A stretch of DNA of 64,000 nucleotides from Planctomycetota bacterium (GCA_040755855.1 JBFMAD010000003.1:96001-160000), one strand, 5' to 3'; numbered from the stretch's first letter, positions 9,984 to 20,846 are shown. Numbers and translations: made by a program. Notes: generated by a model from the sequence alone, not told the origin.

Positions 9984-10982
9984 TCATGTCTTGACCTTGA
10001 CCGGCTTTCCCGTTTCAGCGGATTTCCATGCGCCCTCCGTCAGCTGAATGACGCGCAGGCCGCACTCCGGCGGGACGACATTCGGCGCGCGACCGTAGAT
10101 CAGATCCACAAAGGCCTGGTCGGGGTTGTTGTCCCTCGGCAGCCCCTCGGGGGGCACCTGGAACAGCTCCGCGTCGCCGTCGCGGCGGAAGAGCTGGTTG
10201 TCCCGAATCACCAACTGGCCGTTCTTGCACCAGAGGAGAATCTCTTCGTACACCTTGAACCGCGGGCCGACGCAATCGCCGATGATGGAGATGTTGCCCG
10301 ATGCGCCGTTGGTGAACTGGACGGAGATCGCGCTCACGGCGTCCACATTCGCCCCGCGATTGTCCACGAAGGCGAACACATCCTTGGGCTGGAGGCCGCT
10401 GATCCAGAGGAGGACGTCAATCATGTGGGAGCCGCTGTCGTTGAGCTGCCCGCCGCCGCTCAGCTTCGGGTCGCCGCGCCATCTCTTCGTGGCTTCCATC
10501 CAGTTCTGGCTCTGCCAGGTTGTCAGGAACGTCGGCTCGCCCAATTGGCCGCTGGCGACAGCGCGCTGGGCATAGACGTAGGGTCCCATGAAGTGGCGCT
10601 GGTAGGAGATCATGAGGTGTTTCTTCGACGATTTCGCCTTCTCGCAGACCTTCTTCGCGTGATCCACCGTGCAGACAAGGGGCTTCTCGCAGAGGACGTG
10701 AAGGCCCTTTTCCAGGCAGGCCATGATCTGCTCGAAGTGGAGCGTGTGCGGCGTGCTGATCTCCACCGCGTCCAACTCGATTTCCTTGAGCATCTTTGTG
10801 TAGTCGCTGTATGCGGGCAGATTCTCCGCCCCGGGGACCGTCTTGCGGAATGCGCCAAGCGCGTCCTCGCTAACGTCGGTGATCGCTGCGATCTGCACTT
10901 CGGGTATCTTCGTCAAGCGGCCGCCGTGTCCTCGAGCATTTCCCCCGCATCCGATCATTCCGATACGCAGTTTTCCGGCCAT
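9984..10982 (-). CDS. Gfo/Idh/MocA family oxidoreductase
   Basis: IGMIGCGG, STPHTLH, HVLCEKP, GGGQLNDSGSH. Confidence 0.93.
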   Translation of the reverse strand: MAGKLRIGMIGCGGNARGHGGRLTKIPEVQIAAITDVSEDALGAFRKTVPGAENLPAYSDYTKMLKEIELDAVEISTPHTLHFEQIMACLEKGLHVLCEKPLVCTVDHAKKVCEKAKSSKKHLMISYQRHFMGPYVYAQRAVASGQLGEPTFLTTWQSQNWMEATKRWRGDPKLSGGGQLNDSGSHMIDVLLWISGLQPKDVFAFVDNRGANVDAVSAISVQFTNGASGNISIIGDCVGPRFKVYEEILLWCKNGQLVIRDNQLFRRDGDAELFQVPPEGLPRDNNPDQAFVDLIYGRAPNVVPPECGLRVIQLTEGAWKSAETGKPVKVKT

Positions 10983-11010
10983 AGTCCATCCTTTCAAAAT
11001 GTCACGTCTA

Positions 11011-11967
11011 TCAGGTCATATCCAAAAGAATTTTCAGCGAGCTTCGCTCTGAGGCCCGTTCGAAGGCATAAAGGGCGTCAGGCAGAGGATAGCGCGCTGT
11101 AATCATCGGTTTGACTATGATCCGCCTCTGTCGCAGCGCGTCAATTGCCGGGGGAAACGGCCCACAGCGCGAACCCACCACGGTGAGTTCGTCAACGACC
11201 ATCCTCGCCAGATTGAGCGGCGCGTCCCCGGCGACGGTGCTCTTGAGCACGACGGTCCCGCGAGGCCGCGCGAGGTGGCAGGCCAGGTTGAATCCGGCGG
11301 CCGAGCCGGTGCACTCCACCACCAGGTCAAAGTCGGACTCGGTGTTGCATTCCGCGATCGTCGTCCGCAAACCAAGATCATAGGCAATCCTCAGCTTGGA
11401 CACATGCCTGCCCAGGAGGAGGGGGTCGCAGCCGGCGCGCGCCATGACCTGCACCACGAGCTGCCCCAGCTTTCCGTCGCCCAGGACGGCAACGCGGTCC
11501 AACCGTGCGACGGACACCTGTTCCAGCACCTCGAAGGCTGCAGCCAGCGGTTCGACGAATACGGCCTCGTCGTCTGCCAGATCGTCCGGGACGGGATGCA
11601 GATTCTCCACCGGCAGAACGAGGTAATCGGCGAAGGCGCCGTCGCGGCCCTGGACGCCCAGCACGGTCCGATTGGGGCAGTGGCGAGGCAGACCCTTTCG
11701 GCAGAGGTCGCAGGCGCCGCAGGCGCAGTTGATCTCGCCGACGACCCGCCGTCCGACGAGGTCCTTTCCGTCGGCCTCCTCGACGACCCCGACGAACTCA
11801 TGGCCAAGCACGCCCTCAAATCCCATATACCCCTCGGTGATCTCGAGGTCGGTATTGCATATCCCGGCCAGGAGTACCCGAACGAGGGCCTCGCCCGACG
11901 GCCGCGCGGGTTTGGGGTAGTCCGAACGAAACGCTATCTGACCGTCCTTATAGACAAGCGCTCTCAT
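11011..11967 (-). CDS. Zinc-dependent alcohol dehydrogenase (MDR family)
   Basis: GICNTD, GHEFVG, C..C..C.......C structural Zn site, GDGKLG; ATG at 11967. Confidence 0.92.
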   Translation of the reverse strand: MRALVYKDGQIAFRSDYPKPARPSGEALVRVLLAGICNTDLEITEGYMGFEGVLGHEFVGVVEEADGKDLVGRRVVGEINCACGACDLCRKGLPRHCPNRTVLGVQGRDGAFADYLVLPVENLHPVPDDLADDEAVFVEPLAAAFEVLEQVSVARLDRVAVLGDGKLGQLVVQVMARAGCDPLLLGRHVSKLRIAYDLGLRTTIAECNTESDFDLVVECTGSAAGFNLACHLARPRGTVVLKSTVAGDAPLNLARMVVDELTVVGSRCGPFPPAIDALRQRRIIVKPMITARYPLPDALYAFERASERSSLKILLDMT

Positions 11968-12400
11968 TATCAGTCCCGGAAGGGGGCCCGGAGGCCTGCT
12001 TTCGCTTGGCCAGGACGGCGCGCCAGCGCACCCGTTTTGCGCTGCTCCAAAGATCCTCCAACTTGTACATCGCCCGGGCCTCAGCGTCGAACAGATGCAC
12101 AACCACCTCGCCATAGTCGAGGAGTATCCACATGGCCTCGTTGTAGCCGGCGGCGCCCACGGGATGTACGCCCGCGTCCTTCATGGTTTTTGATATTTCA
12201 TCCGCGATCGTCTGCAATTGGCGCGAGTTAAACCCTGTGCAGATGACGAAATAGTCGGCCAGGAACGTGATCTTCCGGATGTCGAGCACCAGAATATCTT
12301 CGGCCTTCTTATCGTCGGCGATGGCGACGCAGTGGAGCGCAATCTCCTTAGCTGATATCGAAGACGTTTCCTTTATTTTTCTTTTCCTCCTTCGCGTCAT
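11948..12400 (-). CDS. rsfS: Ribosome silencing factor RsfS
   Basis: DKKAEDILVLD, ADYFVICTG, WILLDYGEVVVHLF, R..Y.LEDLW; start uncertain. Confidence 0.93.
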   Translation of the reverse strand: MTRRRKRKIKETSSISAKEIALHCVAIADDKKAEDILVLDIRKITFLADYFVICTGFNSRQLQTIADEISKTMKDAGVHPVGAAGYNEAMWILLDYGEVVVHLFDAEARAMYKLEDLWSSAKRVRWRAVLAKRKQASGPPSGTDNESACL

Positions 12401-12683
12401 CTTCGGACGCATCGGGTTTCTCGAGCTCGCCCAATCCTCCAGGCCCGGACGTCGGCGCCGGCGAGTGACCGCGCTCCTCCCGGAGTTCCTGTAAATTTGC
12501 ACCGCAATAGTGGCAGAAATTCGCATACATCGGATTATCCGCGAGGCAATCCTCGCAGCGCGCATAGAGCAGTGTGCCACAAAGTATGCAGAAATTTGCG
12601 CGGGGCATGCTCTTGTCAAATTGGCAATCCGGGTTGGGACAGGTCTTTCGTTCACCAATGGGGGAGTTGTGCTCTTCGGCCAT
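12348..12683 (-). CDS. Double zinc-ribbon protein
   Basis: CPNPDC...FCILCG...CEDC...FCHYCG; GAGG RBS. Confidence 0.75.
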   Translation of the reverse strand: MAEEHNSPIGERKTCPNPDCQFDKSMPRANFCILCGTLLYARCEDCLADNPMYANFCHYCGANLQELREERGHSPAPTSGPGGLGELEKPDASEDDAKEEKKNKGNVFDIS

Positions 12684-12738
12684 TCCTCCTCGCCTCCTTC
12701 CTCCTTAGGGGTTTATTGCAAGCGAAGCCATCCGCCTC

Positions 12739-15186
12739 TCAATGAAACAACGCGTACTTGACCACCAGCCCGGCAAACACAACCGCCACCATGGACATCA
12801 ACTTGATCAGTATGTTTAGCGACGGGCCTGACGTGTCCTTGAACGGGTCGCCCACCGTATCGCCCACGACGGCGGCCTTGTGGTGGTTTGATCGCTTGGC
12901 GCGTCGCACCTTGACGATCTCCCGGCCTTCGCCGGCGCTGTCAAAGAGGCTGTGCATGATCTCCATATCCTGGCCCTTGTCCGTGATGACAAGGACGCCG
13001 TCATTGACGACTGCGCCCTCGGCCTTCTTTGCCTTTTCCACGAGATCGGTCGGGGCGTAGAAGGTCTCCACGAGGGCCGCCTTCTCGATGTACTTCTTGG
13101 CGTTGTCCCACGCCCCGCCGGCGTTCGCCATCATGACCGCGACGGCGAAGCCCGTCACCGTCCCGCCCGCCAGGAGTCCCATCACAGCCGGCACGCCGAG
13201 CAGGAGACCCGTCGCCACGGGGGCGATGAGCGCCAGCAGCGATGGGATGACCATCTCGCGCTGCGCGCCGCGGGTGCTGATGGCCACGCAGGCCGTATAG
13301 TCGGGTTCGGCCTTGCCGTCCATGATGCCCGCGATCTCGCGGAACTGCCGCCGCACCTCGCGGACCATGCGCCCCGCCGCACGGCCGACCGCCTTCATGG
13401 TCATGGAGCAGAATACAAAGGTCAGCGCCCCGCCGATGAACATGCCGATCAGGACGCGCGGGTTCATCAGGGTGACGTCATAGTAGGCCATGAAATCGGC
13501 AAGCTTCGCCTCGGCCACGGGCACCGTCCTTCCAGCGATCTCCATCGTCTGCTGCCCGGCCCGCTCCAGGCCGATCCGGATTTCCTCGATGTAGGCCGCC
13601 AGAAGGGTAAGGGCCGTGAGCGCCGCCGAGCCGATGGCAAAGCCCTTGCCAGTGGCGGCGGTGGTATTGCCCAGGGCGTCGAGGGCGTCGGTGCGCTCGC
13701 GCACGTAGGGCTCCTGGTGGGTCATCTCGGCGTTGCCGCCCGCGTTGTCCGCGATCGGGCCGTAGGCGTCGGTGGCGAGGGTGATCCCCAGTGTGGAGAG
13801 CATCCCGACCGCCGCCAGGCCGATGCCGTAGAGACCGATTTCGGGGTTCGAGAACCCGCCGGCGAATGCAAACGCCAGGAACGTGCCTACACAGACGGTG
13901 AGAACGGGCAGGCCGGTGGAGGCCATCCCGACGGAAAAGCCGTCAATGATGACCGTCGCGGGTCCGGTACCCGCTTGGTAGGCGATGCCTTGCGTGGGCG
14001 AATATGTGTCGGACGTATAGTATTCCGTCAGCTTCCCGATGATAACCCCGGCAACCAACCCCGACACAATGGACCCCCAGAGACCCATGTAGCCGGGCAG
14101 GAGCAGATAGACCAATCCCGCCGATACGACGAGGATCAGGAACGAGCTGAGGTTGATCCCGCGAAACAACGCCTTCATCAACTCGTGCTGGGTGGCTTCC
14201 TCGCCGGTGCGCACCACATAGATGCCGACGATGGAGAGGACCGTGCCGATGCCGGCGATCACCATGGGCAGCAAGACGGCCTGCATGCCGAGGTTTGCGT
14301 ACTGCAGGGCCGCGCAGCCGAGGGCCGCCGAGGCGAGGATCGAGCCGCAGTAGGACTCGTAGAGGTCGGCCCCCATGCCGGCCACGTCGCCTACGTTGTC
14401 GCCCACGTTGTCGGCGATGGTGGCCGGGTTGCGCGGGTCGTCCTCGGGGATGCCCGCCTCCACCTTGCCTACGAGGTCGGCCCCCACGTCGGCGGCCTTG
14501 GTGAAGATGCCACCGCCCACGCGGGCGAAGAGCGCTTGGGAACTGGCGCCCATGCCGAAGCAGAGCATGACGACGGTGGTCTCCTTCAACGGCATCTGGA
14601 AGACGTAATTGCAGAGGAGAAACCAGATGCAGATGTCGAGCAGGCCCAGCCCCACCACCACCAGTCCCATCACCGCGCCGCTGCGAAAGGCGACCTGCAG
14701 GCCCTTGTTTAACGATTCCTTCGCGCCCTGGGCGGTGCGATTGCTGGCGTAGGTGGCCGTCCGCATCCCAAAGTAGCCGGACAGGCCGGAGAAGAACCCG
14801 CCGGTCAGGAAGGCAAACGGGACGAGCCAGTGCTGCGCGTGAAAGACAAAGGCCATGATCGCCAGAATAATGCTCACCACCACAAAGAAAATGCCGACGA
14901 CCTTATACTGCTGGAAGAGGTAGGCCCATGCGCCCTTCTGGACGTAGCCGGCGATGCGCTGCATGTCCTCGCTGCCGGGATCGCTGGCCATCATGCCCTT
15001 GTAGAATCTATAGGCAAACACCAGGGCGCATATGGACCCCAGCGGCGCCACCCACCAGAGCCAGGGAACCCCACCCGATGCCTGCCCCGCCGCGCCCTGC
15101 CCCTGCGCAACCACCGCCTCCGCCGTCAATGCGACGGCAGCCATTGCCCCTAACGACACCTTGCTTAGCTTCCTACTCCACACCAT
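12739..15186 (-). CDS. hppA: Membrane-bound ion-translocating pyrophosphatase (K+-dependent, Na+/H+-PPase-like)
   Basis: ADVGADLVGKVE, DNVGDNVGD, DNAGG, GNTTAA (K+-dependent Ala), GGAWDNAKK, GDTVGDPFKD. Confidence 0.96.
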   Translation of the reverse strand: MVWSRKLSKVSLGAMAAVALTAEAVVAQGQGAAGQASGGVPWLWWVAPLGSICALVFAYRFYKGMMASDPGSEDMQRIAGYVQKGAWAYLFQQYKVVGIFFVVVSIILAIMAFVFHAQHWLVPFAFLTGGFFSGLSGYFGMRTATYASNRTAQGAKESLNKGLQVAFRSGAVMGLVVVGLGLLDICIWFLLCNYVFQMPLKETTVVMLCFGMGASSQALFARVGGGIFTKAADVGADLVGKVEAGIPEDDPRNPATIADNVGDNVGDVAGMGADLYESYCGSILASAALGCAALQYANLGMQAVLLPMVIAGIGTVLSIVGIYVVRTGEEATQHELMKALFRGINLSSFLILVVSAGLVYLLLPGYMGLWGSIVSGLVAGVIIGKLTEYYTSDTYSPTQGIAYQAGTGPATVIIDGFSVGMASTGLPVLTVCVGTFLAFAFAGGFSNPEIGLYGIGLAAVGMLSTLGITLATDAYGPIADNAGGNAEMTHQEPYVRERTDALDALGNTTAATGKGFAIGSAALTALTLLAAYIEEIRIGLERAGQQTMEIAGRTVPVAEAKLADFMAYYDVTLMNPRVLIGMFIGGALTFVFCSMTMKAVGRAAGRMVREVRRQFREIAGIMDGKAEPDYTACVAISTRGAQREMVIPSLLALIAPVATGLLLGVPAVMGLLAGGTVTGFAVAVMMANAGGAWDNAKKYIEKAALVETFYAPTDLVEKAKKAEGAVVNDGVLVITDKGQDMEIMHSLFDSAGEGREIVKVRRAKRSNHHKAAVVGDTVGDPFKDTSGPSLNILIKLMSMVAVVFAGLVVKYALFH

Positions 15187-15224
15187 CTTGTCCTTTCCTG
15201 ATTTATACCAACCACCAATGATCT

Positions 15225-16244
15225 CTACGGTTTTTTCTCGTCCTTTGCTTTTTTGTCCACCCGAAGTCTCTCCAGCCAGGCCGCCGCCTTTTGAAGGCCC
15301 GGCAGGTCGGGGCCGCTGGGCCAGGCATCAACCAGCCATTGCCAGGCGTCCACGCTTTCTTCGGCCTGGCGAATTGCATCGTCAACCCTTCCCGCGTCGG
15401 ACGCCTCCTTGGATTCAATGAACCGCTCGACGGCCTGGAGTCGCTTCCTGGCTTCTTTCATGCGGTCCAGATTTATGTCCAGCTTCGGATCGTGGCTTGG
15501 GTTGAACTGCGCAGCCCACTGCCATTTTTCGATGGCGCGGCCGGCCACGGACCGCGCCGTGGGCAGGTCGCCATCCACGAAGGCCTGCGTCGTCCATCGG
15601 TCGAGCGTATGGGTGATCTGCCGCCGCCAGATGTCCTTCGCCCCCTCGCCGAGTTCCTCAAACTCCTTGCTGACCACTGCCTTTTCGAGCCACTCGATGG
15701 CCGCGTCAAAGTTGGTCCTGCCCTTCGTCTCCAGAAACTTCCGCCGAAGGTACTCGGCCTCGCCGAATGTCCTGTCGTCGAAGCGGTGCCAGAGCATGAA
15801 CCCGATGTCTTTGTCGAAGTATCCGTTGTCCGGGACGCGCTTCGCCGCGACTTCGGTGTATTCCACCCCAAGTTTAATCAAGTTCCATTTGTCCTCGACG
15901 GCCTCCACTTCGTAAGGCAGATTATACATGATATTCCAAATAAGATAATGCCAAACATCGGCCAGGTCCGGCTGCAGCCGCGTGATCTGGCCGTACTTGG
16001 CCACAGCTTCGTCGAGGCGGCCTTTCTCCTGCAGGTTGCTGGCCTGCATCCAGAACACATCCACCACCATGGCGCGAAATCCCACGAGCATAAGTTGGGC
16101 GGCGCTCTCCATGGTGGGGAGGGGCGGCGCCCCGCTCGGGCCGGCTTCCTGCAGGGCGGTTAGCGCCGCCTGCGCGCCGTACAACGCCGCCAGCAGAACC
16201 ACGAACGCCACAGCCAACGCCACTCGTTTTCTCGATCCGGTCAT
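15225..16244 (-). CDS. TPR-like membrane-anchored protein associated with an ABC transporter (PilG/XapA-like)
   Basis: N-terminal TM; GFRAMVVDVFW, ITRLQP, helical repeats; ATG 16244 directly follows the permease stop. Confidence 0.6.
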   Translation of the reverse strand: MTGSRKRVALAVAFVVLLAALYGAQAALTALQEAGPSGAPPLPTMESAAQLMLVGFRAMVVDVFWMQASNLQEKGRLDEAVAKYGQITRLQPDLADVWHYLIWNIMYNLPYEVEAVEDKWNLIKLGVEYTEVAAKRVPDNGYFDKDIGFMLWHRFDDRTFGEAEYLRRKFLETKGRTNFDAAIEWLEKAVVSKEFEELGEGAKDIWRRQITHTLDRWTTQAFVDGDLPTARSVAGRAIEKWQWAAQFNPSHDPKLDINLDRMKEARKRLQAVERFIESKEASDAGRVDDAIRQAEESVDAWQWLVDAWPSGPDLPGLQKAAAWLERLRVDKKAKDEKKP

Positions 16245-16245
16245 C

Positions 16246-18366
16246 TTACTCCATTTCCCTCCGTCGGAAAAGGAGATAAGCGATGACAAAGGCAATGGCC
16301 ACGTACGCCGCCGAATACTGTATTGCCCCGAGGACCGTAATGCCGCGGATGGCGCGGTTGTCAATCACCTCCTGCGCCACATCAAACCTTCGAAAGTCCG
16401 GAAGGATGTAACTCAGGAACCCCAACACCACCTGAACGACGGTATTAAACGCCCTTTCGATCCACGGAATCTTGTGAATATAGTCGGCGCCATGGTGTTC
16501 CACCGGGGTTAAGATATACGCCGCGTCGCGCATAATGTCAATGATATGTCCGCAGAAGAAAATGAAGAACGAGAGGAGCGTGCTCACGGGCCACGACAGC
16601 GAGGTGGACCCGGCGACGGCGATGGCGGTGATGAGGACCAACTGAAAGAAGATAACCCCCAGGGCAGTGAAGAAGTTGAGATCGTAGCTTCCGGGTTGTG
16701 CATATAACACAAAACAGTTCTCGAACGGTATTCCGAGAACGGAATGGTGTTCCTTGCGCAAAATGTGAATGTCGAGTCGGCCGCGCGCATCAATCAGCCC
16801 TCGATCAAATCCGATCTCCACCGGCTTTGCGGGCACTAAGTAGCGGTCCGCGCGAACGGCATGCATCTCCTTCTCCTCGGCCACATCGGGCGATGAGGGG
16901 TTCTCAAGCCGCAGGTGCACATCAATTTCGCGATCTCGTCCGATCTTGAAGCGTCCCTCCGCACTTGCCCGGTCCTTCGGAAGGGAGGCGAGTGGGAGGT
17001 CATCAAATCGCCATATCGCCGTCCGTTCCAGGGCGCGCGAAATCCAGTAGGAGTCCCTCGTCGCCGTCAGGCCGTACCCTTCGGGAAGGACGCGGTCTGC
17101 CTCCACATCCTCGCCCCAGATCACCAGCTTGACCCCATCTTTGGCGATCCGGTAGGAATCCCCGATCTCCTCCGGCAGGACCGATACATCGAGGAGGCCG
17201 CTGAAGTCATGTTTTGCACGGGCGGCGGCAAAGGGATCAACGATGGGGATGTCAATCGGCTTGCCGTCCTCAACCGCAACGTCATGCCTCGGCCCCACCC
17301 CCTCTCGCACACTGACGCGGACACAGGCTGCCATGGCCTTTCTGCCGGCGCCCGGCGCGACGTGGAGCCGAAGCCGAATGGCCGCCTTTTCCTTCGGGTC
17401 CAGGAGGGGAAGATCGGCGAAACGCCACGTGGCCCAGCTATTCGTCCGGCGCTCCACGTGTTGAGGCTTGTAGTCCGTCTTCGCGGCGGTCACGGTAATC
17501 GAGGCGGGGTCGGCCTCGATGAAATCCCGACCGTTGAATGGGGCGGCAATGGCTTCGAGTTGGCCCTTGACCACAAATCCCCCGGCCAGGTCGGTGACGA
17601 CTTCCTGGTTCGCACGGCTGTCGTCAATCGTGTAATAGACCGAATTGCCGTCCGCATTGCGGAACTCGACGTCCACCCGTATGGGCCGTGCGCCATCCGC
17701 CGCCTTGCACTTGAACCGCATCTTGACGATAGCCCGCTCTTCTCGGGTCAATTCGGGCAAGCCGCCGAAGGTCCATTTCAACGTGCTGCCGGGCTCATGC
17801 ACAATCCAGGTCCCGTCATCGCGCTTTTCCACGCCGGCGCCATAGACCTCGAGCGTCCCTTTGGAGATGGTCCGCCGCGCCTCGAGGACGGTATCCCGCC
17901 CCACCCACCGGATGAGCATGAGACTAAAGACCCCCATGAGCAAGAGGATCGTCAGACAGACCATCGAGAAGCCGAGGATTTTCCCTGCGAGATAGGAGGA
18001 ACGGCGGACCGGCTTGGTCATCACCGAGTAGATCGTCCTCTCGGCAAGGTCCTCCGGAATGCCGCGCGCACCGAGGAGGATGGCCACCACCATTCCGAAA
18101 ACGGTCAACGCCCACAGGCACGACTGGCTTACGATCCGGACGCGGCCTGTCTCACGAAACACGGTTGAGAAGAGCGACGTGCAGACGACGACGATCATGA
18201 ACAGGAGGGGCACAAGGAGGATGCGCTGACGCAGGGACTCGATGAAGGTGTGCCGGGCCAAAGCGACCACGCGACGGCGGTCGCTAAAGAGGGCGACGAG
18301 AAACCAGACGTAAAAGGCCGCGACGCATGCCCCAAGGCCATATTTCAACACCGCCGCATCAGGCAT
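16246..18366 (-). CDS. ABC-2 type transporter permease with large extracytoplasmic insertion (PilI-like)
   Basis: [44 protein letters not shown]. Confidence 0.85.
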   Translation of the reverse strand: MPDAAVLKYGLGACVAAFYVWFLVALFSDRRRVVALARHTFIESLRQRILLVPLLFMIVVVCTSLFSTVFRETGRVRIVSQSCLWALTVFGMVVAILLGARGIPEDLAERTIYSVMTKPVRRSSYLAGKILGFSMVCLTILLLMGVFSLMLIRWVGRDTVLEARRTISKGTLEVYGAGVEKRDDGTWIVHEPGSTLKWTFGGLPELTREERAIVKMRFKCKAADGARPIRVDVEFRNADGNSVYYTIDDSRANQEVVTDLAGGFVVKGQLEAIAAPFNGRDFIEADPASITVTAAKTDYKPQHVERRTNSWATWRFADLPLLDPKEKAAIRLRLHVAPGAGRKAMAACVRVSVREGVGPRHDVAVEDGKPIDIPIVDPFAAARAKHDFSGLLDVSVLPEEIGDSYRIAKDGVKLVIWGEDVEADRVLPEGYGLTATRDSYWISRALERTAIWRFDDLPLASLPKDRASAEGRFKIGRDREIDVHLRLENPSSPDVAEEKEMHAVRADRYLVPAKPVEIGFDRGLIDARGRLDIHILRKEHHSVLGIPFENCFVLYAQPGSYDLNFFTALGVIFFQLVLITAIAVAGSTSLSWPVSTLLSFFIFFCGHIIDIMRDAAYILTPVEHHGADYIHKIPWIERAFNTVVQVVLGFLSYILPDFRRFDVAQEVIDNRAIRGITVLGAIQYSAAYVAIAFVIAYLLFRRREME

Positions 18367-19222
18367 CTTTCTTTTTCCTGCCCACCGTATGGAGGAAGAG
18401 GTCTTCGAGCGTCGTGGTGGGATGTCCCATGGAGATGATCTCCGCGTTGCTCTGCCTGATCGCGTCCTCGACCCTGCCCCAGGAATCCTTGGGCAGGTTT
18501 TTCGCCAGGATCTCGACGGTGTCCTGAACGGTCAGCAGTTCCTTCATCGGCCCCACCACCTGGAGGACGCCCCCGTCGAGGATGGCGATGCGGTCGCACA
18601 CGTCTTGCACATCGGCCAGTAGGTGCGAGCAGAGCACGACCGTCTTGCCTTCGTTCTTGAGCTTGAGGACCAGGTCCTTCATCTCCCGGTTGCCGATGGG
18701 GTCGAGACCGCTGGTGGGTTCGTCCAGGAGGATCAGCTTTGGGTCGTTGATGAGGGCCTGGGCCAGGCCGATGCGCCGCGACATGCCTTTCGAGTAGCCG
18801 CGCAGGGGGCGCTTTCGGGCCTCGTGCAGGCCCACCATGCAGATCAGCTCATCGCTTCGCTTAGCAATGGTTTCACGCGGTATCTCAAATAGCCTGCCGT
18901 AGAAGCGAAGGGTCTCTTCCGCATTGAGGAATCGGTAGAAATACGACTCCTCGGGCAGAAAACCGATCTGCATCTTGGCCGAGACATCGTTCGGCGGCGC
19001 GCCCAGGACCTCAATCGCGCCGGAGGTGGGAAACAGCAGGCCCAGGAGCAGCTTCATCGTGGTGGACTTGCCCGATCCGTTAGGCCCGAGAAGCCCGAAC
19101 ACCTCCCCCTGGTAGATCTCGAGGTCCAATTTGTCCACGGCGACCACGCGCTGCCGCCGGAATAATCCGAGGTCGAATACCTTTGTCAGTTTTTCGGTCT
19201 TGACAACAATTTCCTTGGGCAT
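18359..19222 (-). CDS. ABC transporter ATP-binding protein (PilH-like)
   Basis: Walker [10 protein letters not shown], signature YSKGM, Walker B ILLDEP, SH switch. Confidence 0.95.
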   Translation of the reverse strand: MPKEIVVKTEKLTKVFDLGLFRRQRVVAVDKLDLEIYQGEVFGLLGPNGSGKSTTMKLLLGLLFPTSGAIEVLGAPPNDVSAKMQIGFLPEESYFYRFLNAEETLRFYGRLFEIPRETIAKRSDELICMVGLHEARKRPLRGYSKGMSRRIGLAQALINDPKLILLDEPTSGLDPIGNREMKDLVLKLKNEGKTVVLCSHLLADVQDVCDRIAILDGGVLQVVGPMKELLTVQDTVEILAKNLPKDSWGRVEDAIRQSNAEIISMGHPTTTLEDLFLHTVGRKKKDA

Positions 19223-19285
19223 ATCTCAACCTGACACGTTGCTGTTCGGGAGTCCGTTGCCCGCTAAAAGCGATGCAGACAAAGC

Positions 19286-19384
19286 ATCATAAGCCCCCCC
19301 GCGTTTTCTTTCAAGACAAAAATGGATCACCTTTCATAGCGTAAACTGCAGGGCGTTGACAAGGCATCGAGAATGTCTTAGTAT
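19286..19384. promoter_or_regulatory. Divergent sigma70-type promoters
   Basis: Minus strand TTGAAA-17-TATGAT (19314-19286); plus strand TTGACA-17-TAGTAT (19356-19384). Confidence 0.55.
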
Positions 19385-19421
19385 CCTATTCTGTGTCCGG
19401 GGGACATGGAGAGGAACCTGC

Positions 19422-20846
19422 ATGAAGTCCTGGTTTTTCGCGGTAGTTGTTGCAGTGCTCCATGCGATTTCATTATGGAAGCATCTCGAATTGGCGGCGA
19501 ACGATTTGCATACGGACGTCTGTGTGTTGGGAGGGGGCAGCGGCGGGATCGGCGCCGCGCTGGCCGCCTCGCGGTACGGCGCGAGTGTGGTCCTGGTCGA
19601 GCGCATGGGCCGCCTCGGCGGGACCAGCACCAATGCCTATGTCTGCAACTGGGAACCGGGACCGGGGGATGCCTTCGCCCGGGAAATGTACGACCGGCTG
19701 CAGCAGATGAACGCCGTCACAATTGTGAGCGACCACAATCCCGACCGGAGCAAAGGCCGTTTCGGTCTGTGGCTTCCCACGGCGGGGGCGAGGTATGAGG
19801 ACACCCTGCGCCGATGGGGACGCCCGCGGACGGATTGGCGCGCCATTGTCTTTGACCCTAACGCCTTGGCCAGGGTTGCACTTGAACTGCTGGAGGAGAC
19901 AGGGAAGTGCCGTGTGCTTCTGAATACGACGTATCAGGAGGCGCACGCCGAAGGGAACCGGGTCCTTTCGATCAAGGCGCGGCCGGATGATGGAACGGAG
20001 TATGATATCCATGCCAAGGTCTTTATTGACTGCACCGGGGGCGTGCATCTCTGTCGCGACATCGGGTGCGAGACCATGCTTGGTCCTGAGCCGGCGAGCA
20101 AGTTCAACGAACCATCGGCCCCCGAGCAGCCGGATAAAACGCTGAACGCGATTTCTCTTTGCTATCGAATCCGCGAGAGCGAGAATCCAAAGCAGGCCAT
20201 CGAGCCGAACCCGCCAGTGGAGACATGGCCCCGCTCCGCGCACGTCTCCGGCCTGCCGAACGGAGATCGTATAGTGAACACGCTGGCGCTGCTGCCAGGA
20301 TGGACGGTCTTCGACATGGGATATGAGAAGGCGATGGACGAGGCCAAACGCCGCGCCCAAGCGCATTGGCGCTGGCTCCAGGGCCATGATGCATTTTCTG
20401 GGTACGAGTTCGACAGCTTCGCCCCGACGCTGGGGATTCGTGAGAGTCACCGGGTCGTGGGAGAATATGTGCTGACGCAGCACGACCTCCTGGCGGGCCT
20501 GCCGAAGCAGACCCACCGGGACGTCATCGCCGTCGCCGATCACGCCATGGACGTGCACGGGGAGGGCGGTCGGCGGGTGCATGGGGAGCTGAAGGCGCCT
20601 TATGGTATCCCCTATCGCTGCCTGATCCCGATGGGATGGACGAACCTGCTTGCGGCCTGCCGGGGCGCAAGCTTCAGCCACATTGCGGCATCGAGCTGTC
20701 GCTTATCGCGAACCATAATAGCTCTGGGGCACGCGGCGGGCCTGGCGGCTGCGACGGCGGCGAAGGAAGGAATAACAGTGGGGGCGGTTGACGTGCGCAC
20801 GCTTCAGAGGGAACTGGGCATGCCGCTGGCGGCCTGGGAGCAATAA
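19422..20846 (+). CDS. FAD-dependent oxidoreductase (FAD_oxidored family)
   Basis: DVCVLGGGSGG..AA, LVE....LGG, FIDCTG, IRESHRVVGEY, YGIPYRCLIP. Confidence 0.9.
   Translation: MKSWFFAVVVAVLHAISLWKHLELAANDLHTDVCVLGGGSGGIGAALAASRYGASVVLVERMGRLGGTSTNAYVCNWEPGPGDAFAREMYDRLQQMNAVTIVSDHNPDRSKGRFGLWLPTAGARYEDTLRRWGRPRTDWRAIVFDPNALARVALELLEETGKCRVLLNTTYQEAHAEGNRVLSIKARPDDGTEYDIHAKVFIDCTGGVHLCRDIGCETMLGPEPASKFNEPSAPEQPDKTLNAISLCYRIRESENPKQAIEPNPPVETWPRSAHVSGLPNGDRIVNTLALLPGWTVFDMGYEKAMDEAKRRAQAHWRWLQGHDAFSGYEFDSFAPTLGIRESHRVVGEYVLTQHDLLAGLPKQTHRDVIAVADHAMDVHGEGGRRVHGELKAPYGIPYRCLIPMGWTNLLAACRGASFSHIAASSCRLSRTIIALGHAAGLAAATAAKEGITVGAVDVRTLQRELGMPLAAWEQ

Noticed and set aside
12885..13085. Intein in the PPase
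   Set aside because: Too short and lacks the N-terminal Cys/Ser and C-terminal His-Asn splice motifs
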